DNA from: Eledone cirrhosa
Taxonomy: Eukaryota
Assembly (NCBI GenBank): GCA_964016885.1
Contig: OZ024740.1
Span: 326,554,001-326,618,000 of the forward strand
DNA length: 64,000 nt
Direction of reading: 5' to 3'
The translations under genes and the position numbers were made by a program. The first letter of the stretch is position 1; each line of letters opens with the position of its first letter. Shown one piece after another: positions 52,147 through 64,000 of this stretch. The notes under the pieces were generated by a model, which was given only the letters and a program-made list of their open reading frames with translations, ran no database searches and was not told the origin of the DNA.

Positions 52147-52191
52147 AGTCATAGTTCTTTCGTCACACACTCTGTGACCTCTTCAGTGACT
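52147..52191 (-). ncRNA. Minimal hammerhead ribozyme (left inverted pLTR)
   Basis: Reverse complement of 56626-56670. Confidence 0.8.
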
Positions 52192-52845
52192 GGGGATTTC
52201 TTTCTTCGTTTCTGTGCCTTTCCTTTCTTCTATCCTACGCCATTTTGTTTGTGTGTGGGTTGCGTGCTCAGTTTGCGCATGCGCCACATCCGGGTGTCTG
52301 TGTGTGTTTGTGTTCATTTTTCTATTTTTATATTTTTATATTTATATTTGTTTGTTTATTTATTTATTTATTGTTGGTTGGTTGTTTGTTCTATGTGTGT
52401 GTGTGTTTTCATTTTGTCTTGTGTGTGTTTTCATTTTGTGTGTGTTTTCAATTGTAAGTTGTTTATATATGTGTGTGTGTGTTTTCATTTTGTCCTTAAT
52501 TGTAAGTTGTGATGTTGCTGTTCCACTCATATTTTCTATTTAATTTTGGTTTTAATTCTTTTATGCTTACTGCCTCTGTAATTTGCCTAAACATTGCGTC
52601 TTTCTTGTGTGTGGATTCTATTTTTATTTCTATGCTCTCTAATTTACCCCTGTGTTCTATCTTAGCATGTTGGTAGAGCACAGATGATTCTTTACTATCT
52701 TGGAGGTCTCGCCAGTGTTCATTTATTCGTTCCCCTATACTACGAGCTGTCTCACCTATGTACACTATATTTTTGTTTCTACATTGTCCCTCAGTACATC
52801 TTATGCTATATACTACATTTCTAGTTTTACAGTTAATATGGGGGC

Positions 52846-55800
52846 AACTAAAGCGTAACCTAATAGATGAAATATCTAAAATCACCACACCAGCAGAAAA
52901 ACTAACATTTATAAGCCTTATACGCCCCGAAGAACAGTACATTACTCAAGAATGTAATAAGCACTTTAACAGAAAATTAAAGTGGCTTAAACAGGCAAAG
53001 CTAAATCGGGATACTATAGAGTATACCAATAGATATCCCGACAAAATTGACGGTATCAACATGGCCGACACCTCATTATCTGAAGAGTTCAACAGTGAAA
53101 ATACCAACATTTATGGAAACACGAAAATAGATAATAATGAAATGTCTGTGTTACGTTTGCCACCCAAATTTGCGACATTCAAGAAGGTAAATATGATTAG
53201 TTGTCTGTCAGAAATAGAAAAATCATTTACGAAACTACGCTGGAGCATCAAAAACAAAAACAAAAGCAACAATATACGCACACACATATACAACACACAT
53301 CCCAACAACAACAGACACACAGACACAAACAATAACAACAACAATAGCAACATACCCAGATACAATACCAACAATAGCAACATACCCAGATACAACAGAC
53401 ACGCAGACACAAACAACAATAACAACACACACGGAGACAACAATAACAACAACACACACATCAACAACAACAACAACAGCAACATACCCAGATACAACAA
53501 CAACAGACACGCAAACACAAACAACAATAACAACACACACAACAACGATAACACACACACACACGGAGACAACAACACACATCAACAACAACACACATCA
53601 ACAACAACAACACACACACATTCAATGCCTCTCACCACCACTACAATCTTAACAAACACACAGACACAGAAAACAAGTAATGACAGTAGCACAGAAATCA
53701 GAGAAATAAGAGAAAGTAATAGGATTAAAAGGAGTAGGGAGACTAAGGACAAAGAGAATAACCAAGACGAACACACAGACACACAAAATAGGGTAGATAA
53801 CAACATTGAGCCAGTGGAAAGAGACAGGAGTAATTATGAGAGACATAGAAACAACCATGAAGCTGAGGCTGCTGCTGTTGGTGGAAATAGAAACAACACA
53901 ACTAACAATAGCGCAAGTACACATAAAGCAGCAGCCTGGAACTCTCCGTTTTATAACCACTCCGATAAATCATTCGACCTACGACGAGTCCACGCCACGA
54001 CTTTGCCATTTAACAAACGCACGCAGTTGCCGTCGCAGGTCGATGAACAAACAGAAGCACAATTTAGTATAGCTAAATCCGAACTTAGAAATATTATAGA
54101 ACAGTATAGCAAGAAGCATAATAGAATAGAGGCCCAGCAACTGGGAGAAGAATCTGCAAATGGCTTGCGTAAGCTCATGCAGCGCTCGCGTAATGGAGAG
54201 ATAGCATGCTTTCCAACAGACAAGTCTGGCAGAATGTCGGTTGACAGCCTGCCAAACTACATCCAGGCAATGCAACCCCACATCACTAACACAAGAGAGG
54301 TAACACCACAGGAGCATGAGGACAGAGAAAAAACCCTCAATGCCCATATGGTGATGTGGACAAATATAATGCAGCCCAACAAAAGGACTGCCAACAACTT
54401 CCAGGCCTGGAACAATGACGTGCCGGCGTTGTATGGGCTTCGAAAAGACCATAAAACGGGCTGGGACCCTGTCGCGGGACCACCAACACGGCCAGTCTGT
54501 GGGGCTAACATTGCTAGTAACTACAGACTGTCCTACTTCCTCTCCCTGATCATACGCCCCATCATTGAGATGTCCCCAGATGTGTGTGACAGCACGGAGG
54601 ACCTCCTCAGCAGAATCGACGCGGGTAACCGATCTGGGGACCTAACAAACTGCATAATAGGCAGTATGGATGTTGTGTCCCTGTATCCATCTATTGACGT
54701 GGATTTTGCTGTGGAGAAATGCGTCGAAATGATCAGCGAGAGCAAGGTTGAGTTCCGTGGGATTGATACCAGTGAGCTGGGACTTCTACTTAAGCTTACC
54801 CATAGTAATAGTTACCTAGACACTTATGACCTTAGCAACCTGTGCCCTACAAGACCAGCAAGAGGCAGACCACCTACCATTACCTCAATGGCCAAGAAAA
54901 CCCACACAGATAGATGGAACGGGTGGACCAGAGCCATACGGACACCCGAAAACCACGATGAACTGAAGAAAATGATTGCACATGCGGTAGGGGCCAGCAT
55001 AAAATTAACCCTTAAGGAACATATGTTCAAATTTAATGGTAAAACATATGCCCAAGAGGAAGGAGCAGCCATTGGTGTTAGCATTGCAGGCGACATAGCT
55101 AACTTGTTCATGGTATGGTGGGACAGTAGACTTAAACAAAAACTTAAAGAACAATTAGAAGACAGATTAACCCTGATAATGTACTCCCGCTACGTAGATG
55201 ATATAAACATCGTAGTTAAGACACCCCCACTAAAGAACAGTCAGGAACCTGAGAAAAACACAATGGAAAGCATCCAGCAAATAGCAAACTCCATCCACCA
55301 GAGCATTAGAGTTACTATAGACTACCCAAGTAGACACCCCAACCATCGATTACCTGTACTAGACACAGAGCTCTGGTTAGATACTATTAACAACCAAAAA
55401 CAAATCCTCCATTCCCATTATGCCAAACCCATGACTTCCAAACATCTGATCCACCGAAACTCGGCCATTTCGGACCATACCAAAATCAACATACTGATTG
55501 CGGATTTGATACGGGTGATGAGAAATGTGTCCCGCATGTGCAACCCCGAAGAACTAGAGAGACACATACAACACTTCATCCACCGTATGCAGTTCTCTGG
55601 CTACAATCAGAGAGATAGAATCAGAGTGTATAAAGGAGCCAGAACCAAATGGGAAAAAATGGTAAATAATGACATAAATGGGACCTGCCCCTTGTATAGG
55701 AGCAAATTTTGGAATAGAATAGAAAGAACTAAGAACAAGGCCAATAGAATAAACTCATGGTATGATAGCAATAAATACCAGAGTGTAATGTTCATCAATA

Positions 55801-56321
55801 CAACCCCTAGAGGTGAACTAGCCTACAAATTTAGAAGGGCCCTAAAGAAACATAATCTCAATATTAAGATAGTAGAAAGACCTGGTACCTCCGTAAAAAC
55901 ACTTATTAGCAAGACATACCCGTTCCAAAGACCCTCATGTATAGATAAGAAATGTATAACCTGTAAAATAAGCCCCCATATTAACTGTAAAACTAGAAAT
56001 GTAGTATATAGCATAAGATGTACTGAGGGACAATGTAGAAACAAAAATATAGTGTACATAGGTGAGACAGCTCGTAGTATAGGGGAACGAATAAATGAAC
56101 ACTGGCGAGACCTCCAAGATAGTAAAGAATCATCTGTGCTCTACCAACATGCTAAGATAGAACACAGGGGTAAATTAGAGAGCATAGAAATAAAAATAGA
56201 ATCCACACACAAGAAAGACGCAATGTTTAGGCAAATTACAGAGGCAGTAAGCATAAAAGAATTAAAACCAAAATTAAATAGAAAATATGAGTGGAACAGC
56301 AACATCACAACTTACAATTAA
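52846..56321 (+). CDS. PLE RT + GIY-YIG endonuclease, uninterrupted but 5'-truncated
   Basis: TDKSG, KDHK, DVVSLYPSI, IGVSIAGDIANLFM, RYVDD, LD; C-rich linker, NVVYSIRC..YIGET.R..ERINEH; ORF-track start 52758 lies in the inverted arm. Confidence 0.93.
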
Positions 56322-56625
56322 GGACAAAATGAAAACACACACACACATATATAAACAACTTACAATTGAAAACACACACAAAATGAAAACACACACAAGA
56401 CAAAATGAAAACACACACACACATAGAACAAACAACCAACCAACAATAAATAAATAAATAAACAAACAAATATAAATATAAAAATATAAAAATAGAAAAA
56501 TGAACACAAACACACACAGACACCCGGATGTGGCGCATGCGCAAACTGAGCACGCAACCCACACACAAACAAAATGGCGTAGGATAGAAGAAAGGAAAGG
56601 CACAGAAACGAAGAAAGAAATCCCC

Positions 56626-56670
56626 AGTCACTGAAGAGGTCACAGAGTGTGTGACGAAAGAACTATGACT
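56626..56670 (+). ncRNA. Minimal type I hammerhead ribozyme (PLE1 pLTR)
   Basis: AGUCA-CUGAAGA-G-GUCACA(GAGUG)UGUGAC-GAAA-GAAC-UA-UGACU. Confidence 0.82.
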
Positions 56671-56904
56671 ATATATATATAAACAACTATCTGGTTGTGG
56701 AACCAACCAACCAACCAGAAATTTATAAATTTGTAAATTTATAAATATATATTAAATTAAATTGAAGTGAAAGCAACTGGTGCGTGTGTTTCTTATTGGC
56801 AACATGACCCTCCCAAAGTATAACAATATCGGTTTCAACACACGATTTCAGATAAAGAATCTTGCTAAACAAATTCAGAAACGAAACATATATATATATA
56901 TATA

Positions 56905-58551
56905 CATTTATTAAAATAACAGATTAAAGTTTAAGCAAAGAATCGCTGCTTTCACCCTTAACGGGATCTTCTGAAACTAACAAAGTCAATCTGTAAACGC
57001 AGAACTGGATATTTAAAAAAACGTTGCAACCGGAGGAAGACAGGAAGACGATACTTTGGTTCGTGGAAACGTTCGCTGGCAAAGAACGGGAAAAAACAAA
57101 TAATACGTCATTAATAGGAGCGGTGAAAAACAATTACGCGCAAAGACAGAACCACGTTTATGGTATAAAAGAGGTCGTAGACTAATGTTCTCTTAGGTGG
57201 TGCTTAGAGACGTTCTCTGGCAATGAACGAAAAAACGAAGATAATAAGTCATATGTGGAGCGTGGAGAACAATAGCACGCAAAGACAAAACCACGTAAAT
57301 GGTATAGCAGAAGTTGTAGACTAAAATTCTAACTAGGAGACCAAATGAATCTCCGTTACAGAGTTAAGAACAAAGTAAATAAATACAATACAGAAGTAAT
57401 AGAAACAAATAAATACATACACGCAAACAATTACGTACATACACAAGCATACGCAAAACCTTACCATAGGTATACAAAACCACGCACATATAAATATGTG
57501 TGTGTGTGTATGCTTGTGTACAAATAAATAAATAATTATATAAACGTATATAAGTAGATAAATAAGTATATAACAAGCGCACACACATACCTACAAATAA
57601 ATACACGAATGTTCGGAGACGTAAGTCAACTAAAACAGGAAGTACACATATACACACACCCACCATACGTACGAACCTGCATACTGACGCAGACGCAAAA
57701 CTCTCGTATACACATAGCCAAACCCTAAATACCAGAATATGTAAAAATTATACGCCATAACAGTCAAATATACGTACGAGAAGGTATACATACCTTCACA
57801 AAACATACGGGTAATATATACTTACCTATGCAAATAAGTAAAGGAATAAACAAAACATATACTTAGCTCCCACATCAAGACGTAAAATATCCACGTATAG
57901 ATCGTGCTATCCGTTAGGGTATAACGTGGGGCTGTAATACAGGAAAGTTTTGTGCAATTTATGTTTACAATCCGAGATTGCCTCAGATTTTTTGTTTAAG
58001 ATGTGGTCTGTGGCGTAGAGTATTTCCAGGGCCTCAGCGGCGCAGAGGTCACATGGTCTTTTATTTCCGTTATACGATCTAGCCCTAGCTAGGATCTCCC
58101 AGTGTAACTTATATTGGGTGTGGTTGTCTTTTAGACTCCAGATATAAGCTGAAAGTGACGTCATATTCCTTCTTAGAGAGTAACGAAAAGAATGGGTATG
58201 CATGTAAAGACGCTGCTTGAATCTATTGGCGGTTAACCCTATGTAGGCCCTACGGGACGTGGGTATTACAACCTTACATTTGTAGACAATGTTACTAGAG
58301 AGGCATTTCCCGGATAGGGGGCAATCAGCCCGATTCCTACAATTACAGTTAGTACTAACTACAGGGTTTCACGTGTTCCTACGGCTAGGTAGTTTAGCTA
58401 AATTTGAAGCTGTGATGTTATGTGCAAGGTTAGGAGTCGTAGAGTAAGAAATTTTAATAGTATTTCTATTAAAAATGTTACTATATTTATGTGTAGGGGG
58501 AAAATGCATCGTAATAAGGGAAAGAAAGATCTTAGCTAATGGTGTGGCCAT
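56905..58551 (-). mobile_element. 5'-truncated PLE (GIY-YIG part + 3' UTR)
   Basis: FNRNTIKISYS, CNCRNRADCPLSGKCL..IVYKC..YIGLT..R...H, CDLC..E; (TA)n at both ends. Confidence 0.88.
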
Positions 58552-58562
58552 ATATATATATA

Positions 58563-58897
58563 TATGTTATAGATTGCTATAACCTCATTACTACCGTTCC
58601 ATAGTTTCAGGTGTGATTTTTCTTTAAGTTGCGGTATAATTCTATCTAATATATGTTTGCTAATTATGCCTAAGTCTGATTTAGATGGTGCTATAAGTCT
58701 GACTGCTAGTTCTATTTCAAAATTTCTTTTGTGGTCTTTCAGGTTAATTTTCGGTCTTCTAGGTATAAAGGGTTCAGTCTTATTTTGGATGCCTAATTTA
58801 TGAATTATTTCAGAAGCTCTTCTTTATTTAACGTTGAAAGATCTTCATTTGTTGTTATATATATATATATATATTGAAAATTAGAATTGGTGCTCTG

Positions 58898-58975
<78 letters not shown>

Positions 58976-58996
58976 CAGAGCACCAATTCTAATTTT

Positions 58997-59030
<34 letters not shown>

Positions 59031-59322
59031 CAACAAATGAAGATCTTTCAACGTTAAATAGAGAAGAGCTTCTGAAATAATTCATAAATTAAGCATCCAA
59101 AATAGGACTGAACCCTTTATACCTAGAAGACCGAAAATTAACATGAAAGACCACAAAAGAAATTTTGAAATAGAACTACCAGTCAGACCTATAGCACCAT
59201 CTAAATCAGACTTAGGCATAATTAGCAAACATATATTAGATAGAATTATACCGCAACTTAAAGAAAAATCACACCTGAAACTATGGAACGGTACTAATGA
59301 GGTTATAGCAATCTATAACATA
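58563..59322. repeat. ~340-bp-arm palindrome centred on (TA)n
   Basis: 58563-58900 is an inverted copy of 58973-59322 with a few substitutions. Confidence 0.92.
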
Positions 59323-60830
59323 AAATTTAAACATAACAAAAAATTCATTCAAATGGATATTGCAAATTACTACTCCTCTATTACTCCTAGTTTACTCAAT
59401 AGGGCTCTTATCTACGCATCTAAACATACAGACTTATCTAGTGATGAAATGCATATAATTCTAACAGCACGGAAAACATTAATAGAATTCAATAATCATC
59501 CCTGGACAAGAGCCGATAGAAAAAATAATTTTTATATCACTATGGGATCATCAGACTCGGCGCAAATAATGGATATTGTGGGCTTATTTATTAATAATAC
59601 ACTGCATAGGAAAATGCCAGAGATGACCGGTAGTTTATATCGTGACGATATGCTGCTTTTAATTGAAAACCATAGTAATTGTGAAATTAATAGGAAAAGA
59701 AAATCCATAATACAATTCTTCAATAATTATAACCTTAAGTTAGAAATAGAGAATAACTATAAAATCGTTAAATTCTTAGACGTAACATTAAACCTTAACA
59801 CAGGGCTTTACTATCCTTTCCATAAAATTAACGAAAATTTAAATTACGTAAGTTTTAACTCTAATCATCCTAGATCTATTAAGAACACTATTGTCAATAG
59901 TGTCCAACAACGGATTTCACGCATCTCTGTTAATAAAAATATGTTTGATGATAAGGCTGAACATTATAATGAAGCTTTAAATAGAGCAGGGTATTCGAAT
60001 AAAATTAAATACATTGACAACAATAACATGGCAAATCACCCTAGTATTAATTATAATAATAATAAACAATTTAACTTAAACTCTAAACCAAACAAAAGAA
60101 TTAGGACTAGAAATATTATTTGGTACTCACCCCCATTTTCATTAAGCGTTAAAACACCTTTAGCAAAACTATTCTTTAAAGCACTGGACAAATGTTTTCC
60201 TAAAACCCACAGATACCACTCAATCTTTAACAGACATACTATAAAACTATCCTACTCTACTACTATGAACATAGCACAAATTATAAATAGAATTAATAAT
60301 AGAAACTTAAATTTAAACCCTAACCAAAATAACCATAATAGCAATAATAATATTTCTAGCAATATCCAGTATAATAGTACCGTTCCGAGCAACAACAACT
60401 CCGTAAAATGTAACCGTAGAATCAAATCAAACCGCCCTTTACAAAATAAGTGTTTAGATAAAAACGTAATCTATAAATGCACAGTTAAAACTAGAGATAA
60501 TATATTTAACTATGTCGGTGCCACTTCTACAAAATTTAAAGATCGCTGGAATAACCATAAACATTCTTTCAGAAGATCTGATAAAAAATCTTTTACTTCT
60601 CTTTCACATCTTATATGGAACTTAAAAAGGAAGAATATAGACTATTCAATATCTTGGAAAACATTTTCGAAAGCACCTGCGTACTGAAATATGGCTTTAT
60701 CAAAATTCTGTAAATTGAGTATCGAAGAAACTTTTTATATAAATAACTGTCAAAACTATTAATCTCAGGACAGAATTATTTTCTTCTTGTAGAAATCGCC
60801 AAAATTCTACATTCAGAACTATGTGTAATT
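59143..60830 (+). pseudogene. PLE2 RT + GIY-YIG
   Basis: KDHK, DIANYYSSI, MGSSDSA, LYRDD, FLDVTL, NVIYKC..YVGAT..R..NH; premature TGA at 60685, Cys->Arg changes in the linker. Confidence 0.9.
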
Positions 60831-61954
60831 TATAATATTCCTATAAATCTTCAAAATGATCCTATCTTCTTTAACAATTTAAATTTTTAATATTTTAATA
60901 TATTAATATATTAATACCTCTAAATGGTAATATCTCTAATATTTGTAGTACTTTCACCTTTCAGCAAAAAATTCTTTTAATATATATATATATTTATTTA
61001 TTTATATAAATATATATGTGTATAGATATTTATATTTATGTATATCTATATAATTTTAATTTTAATTTTCTAATACTTTAATTCTTACATTATATTTTTC
61101 CAATAACACCCTCTAAAGCTATTTTTAAACGTAGATTAATAACCATTAACTGACATTGGAAAAATGTATTTTATTCAAGACGATTTTTAAACATTCACAT
61201 TTCTTTCGACTAAATAATTAATTAATCTCACTCTAACTCTTAAAAAATTTATCGATTAACAAACAAAATTGGAGTTATCTTTCCTTTCTCAATCATATAA
61301 ACTTATTACATTATTATATACCTAACTCTGTTAATTTAAAACATTCTCAAAACCGAACAAGATATTCAAATATATAAATTCATAATTTTAACTACCTATT
61401 TATTTATATAAAATACAAAATCAACACCCTCGTAACTCATATTATAAACAACCACCTAAAACTTAAACTACCTATTTATTTATTTATTTATTTATTTATT
61501 TATCTACATAAAACACAAAATCAACACCCTAGTAACTCATATTATAAACAACTAATAATTGCAAATTATCTCTTTAATAATAATACATATGCTATTATTA
61601 AAATTTATATAGATATTTATATATTTAACCCACTACAATATTATAAGATAAATACTTACAAACATAATTCTCGCTATAATATAGGTAAATATTCACCTCC
61701 CCCCCAAAAAAGAATTAACGTATATAAGTGGTCTTCTTTTTCTTTTTCCTTTCTTTCTTTGCTACTAATATATATAAACTTTCCATAGCGTTTAAAATAA
61801 CATAATCATATAACTCAACCTCATTTACATATTCATTTGCATACTCATCCTAACAATTTTGAAAAATCCGTTCTTTAAATTCACTATCCAAGGAAAATTC
61901 AACTGATAAGGTATGTTCCTTAGCTATGTCAAAATTTATAAATCACAATTTGTA

Positions 61955-62013
61955 TTTTATCTGATGAAAGCGTACCAAATGTTTTTGGTACCCTTGAAAT
62001 ATATATAATAGAA
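61955..62013 (+). ncRNA. Type I hammerhead ribozyme (PLE2 pLTR)
   Basis: UUUUAU-CUGAUGA-AAGcGUACCAAA(UGUU)UUUGGUACcCUU-GAAA-UAUAUA-UA-AUAGAA. Confidence 0.85.
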
Positions 62014-62150
62014 TAAATATGGTGTTATAAATATAGTTTCCATTTATTTAATATCATTTAATATTTACTCCAGAAATCTGTCGAGTGCCCTGAATCAGTT
62101 ATAAACATTTATATTTGTTGAATTTCCAACAAATTAAATATCCCTTCTAC

Positions 62151-62365
<215 letters not shown>

Positions 62366-62369
62366 CGTG

Positions 62370-64000
62370 GGAAAGTAAGAGATAGGAGAACAGACCGTTA
62401 ATATTTCCGGATGTTTTTTGCAGCGCCTGCTCGCCGGGGTGTTAAAGTTTGTTGCAGGGAGACCCGGTATACGGTTTCACTCCTCATCCTTATCCCATCT
62501 GAAGAAGGATATTTTTAAGCGATGTGTACAGCTTATCGTCGTTTCAGCTCTGCTGTTGATGAGCTCGTGGGGTGCCGTTATGATGTGGTAGAGCTCCATG
62601 AGGTAAAGATCGCACTTCCTCTTGAAGTTGTACGGTGCAGCCCAGCCGACAATATCCCAGTGCGTGGAGAAGCTGATGTTTAAGTCTTTTAATGATGTGA
62701 TGTAGTCCGTGAGCGAGGTGGATTATCTTAATTTCTTATTTTTGAAAGAGTGGAGATGTGTTCGAAATCTAATTTTGAACGGACCAGAGGTAGCCCCTAT
62801 ATAATGTTTAACGCTATTGTGGCTAGTTACAGTGCACCTATATATAACCCTATCAATCAAGCAGTATCCCCTAAGGGGGCAGCGTCCTCTGTCGCGACAG
62901 TTGCAATTTCGGTCGCGGTCTCTTCTAATTCCCACGGTAAGGCTATAATTATTGCTATCTAAGTTGTTACCTACTCTCCCGCATTTGTCGTTAGCACCAT
63001 TACAACCCACAGTGCGCGGGGTGGAACCATTATTATTCCGCACGTCATGTCCTGCATGTTCCCCAGTCATGTCGCGGTTATGCTGGTTGCGTCAGTAGAG
63101 GCTGTTGCCAGCACTATTGGATGCTGCTAGGGAGTCGTTAATGCCGATATAGTTATTGTCAGGTGTAGGTGCCTCTGTACTAAGGTGTTATGTCTTGGTG
63201 ATCTTACTGTGATTAGTTGTTCCTATGATGTCTGCTAGGTTAGGAGTAGTAGAGAAGGATATTTTTATATTGTTCCTATTAATGATTTTTCTATACCTAT
63301 GGTTGGGTGGGAAGTTCTTCTCTAAGGCTTCGAAGAATATCCGGGGTATGTCGGAGGCCACACTCCGAGAGTGTGGTGGGTGGAACCATAGGACGTTACG
63401 GTGGCGATTATGTGTCCTTGTACGCTTGCTAAGGGTGGTTCCATCAGGGTAACCGTCCTTATGCATGTTAATGCGCTGTAGCCCGTTACGTGCCCCTTTC
63501 ACTTTATGTTCGGGTGCACTCTTCTTCCTTCTGCTATGTTTATGTACAGGAAGATGTTGGTTGGAAGGCGTTGGTAGTAGGCCGTTGCCTTTGTTGATTT
63601 TATAGTAGGGGAATAATTCGAGTAGGCTACAGTGGTCACTGTCACTGGGGTCGTGATATTTATTTTGTGGTAAGTTACCTATACTATTGCCAGTGTAATT
63701 AATGTTGCGACCGTGTTCCTTAGTGCGATTATCTATACTATTACATCCGACCCCTTTGGAGTCGCTGCGTGATCGGTTATAGGTATGACTTACTATAACG
63801 TTCGTCTTATGAGGGGGGGGGGTCTGGAGCTAACGTTAGGGATGTAGGAAATTCCTCGGTTAAAGCCAGCGCTTATCAAGGCCCTATTGTAGTAATCTGC
63901 CGCTTGGTTGAAGATATCCTCATTGGTGGAGGGCCTCGAGATCCTATGTGAGATGCTATAGACTATGGAGTTGAGAGTCTGCTTAGAGTGGTTGGAGGCA
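62370..64000 (-). mobile_element. PLE3 (thumb, linker and GIY-YIG), decayed, runs off the window
   Basis: SNH..ISHRIS, RNVLWFHPPHS, CNCRDRGRCPLRGYCL..VIYRC..YIGAT..R...H. Confidence 0.9.

Larger units (their letters stand above)
58973..62110 (+). mobile_element. Penelope-like element PLE2, 5'-truncated and decayed
   Basis: RT-GIY-YIG ORF, long AT-rich 3' UTR with a hammerhead. Confidence 0.9.

Noticed and set aside
52758-52845. N-terminus of the 1187-aa ORF
   Set aside because: It is the antisense of the GIY-YIG end within the inverted arm
57020-57080. Hammerhead-like CCGGAGGA..GAAACGTT
   Set aside because: Core lacks U4, stem I is unconvincing, and it is antisense to the element
57137-57340. 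~140-bp-spaced degenerate duplication in a PLE 3' UTR (similar case at 61390-61555)
   Set aside because: Ordinary tandem duplication within UTRs, with no further structure seen
60685-60687. In-frame TGA in PLE2 as selenocysteine
   Set aside because: Not at a conserved Cys position, and the copy has other decay (Cys->Arg, frameshift), so it is more likely a nonsense mutation

Overview
AT-rich, microsatellite-dense eukaryotic DNA; the SINE/LINE repertoire looks like an octopus (coleoid cephalopod) genome, which is my inference. No host protein-coding exon could be supported, and almost all long ORF-track hits are retroelement ORFs or microsatellite read-through. Contents: (1) a full-length but decayed Gypsy/CsRn1-type LTR retrotransposon (9864-16528, minus); (2) a co-oriented array of Tx1-clade LINEs inside one (CTAT)n/(GATA)n microsatellite (21.6-35.1 kb), whose two full-length members share a 67-69 nt GT-AG intron-like segment in the 5' UTR; (3) an R4/Dong-type RLE LINE fragment inside (CATA)n; (4) a cluster of Penelope-like elements (PLEs, RT + GIY-YIG) at (TA)n tracts, one very young with an 858-bp inverted pseudo-LTR; (5) at least 11 type I hammerhead ribozyme motifs. 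Several hammerheads lie in non-coding, circularly permuted, greater-than-unit-length repeats (525-nt and ~424-nt monomers) inserted as inverted pairs into (TA)n, with the inversion point at the ribozyme core. This retrozyme-like/PLE-satellite system is the best candidate for something undescribed. Old SINEs, MITEs, mariner, RTE, CR1 and CRE-like remnants fill the rest.
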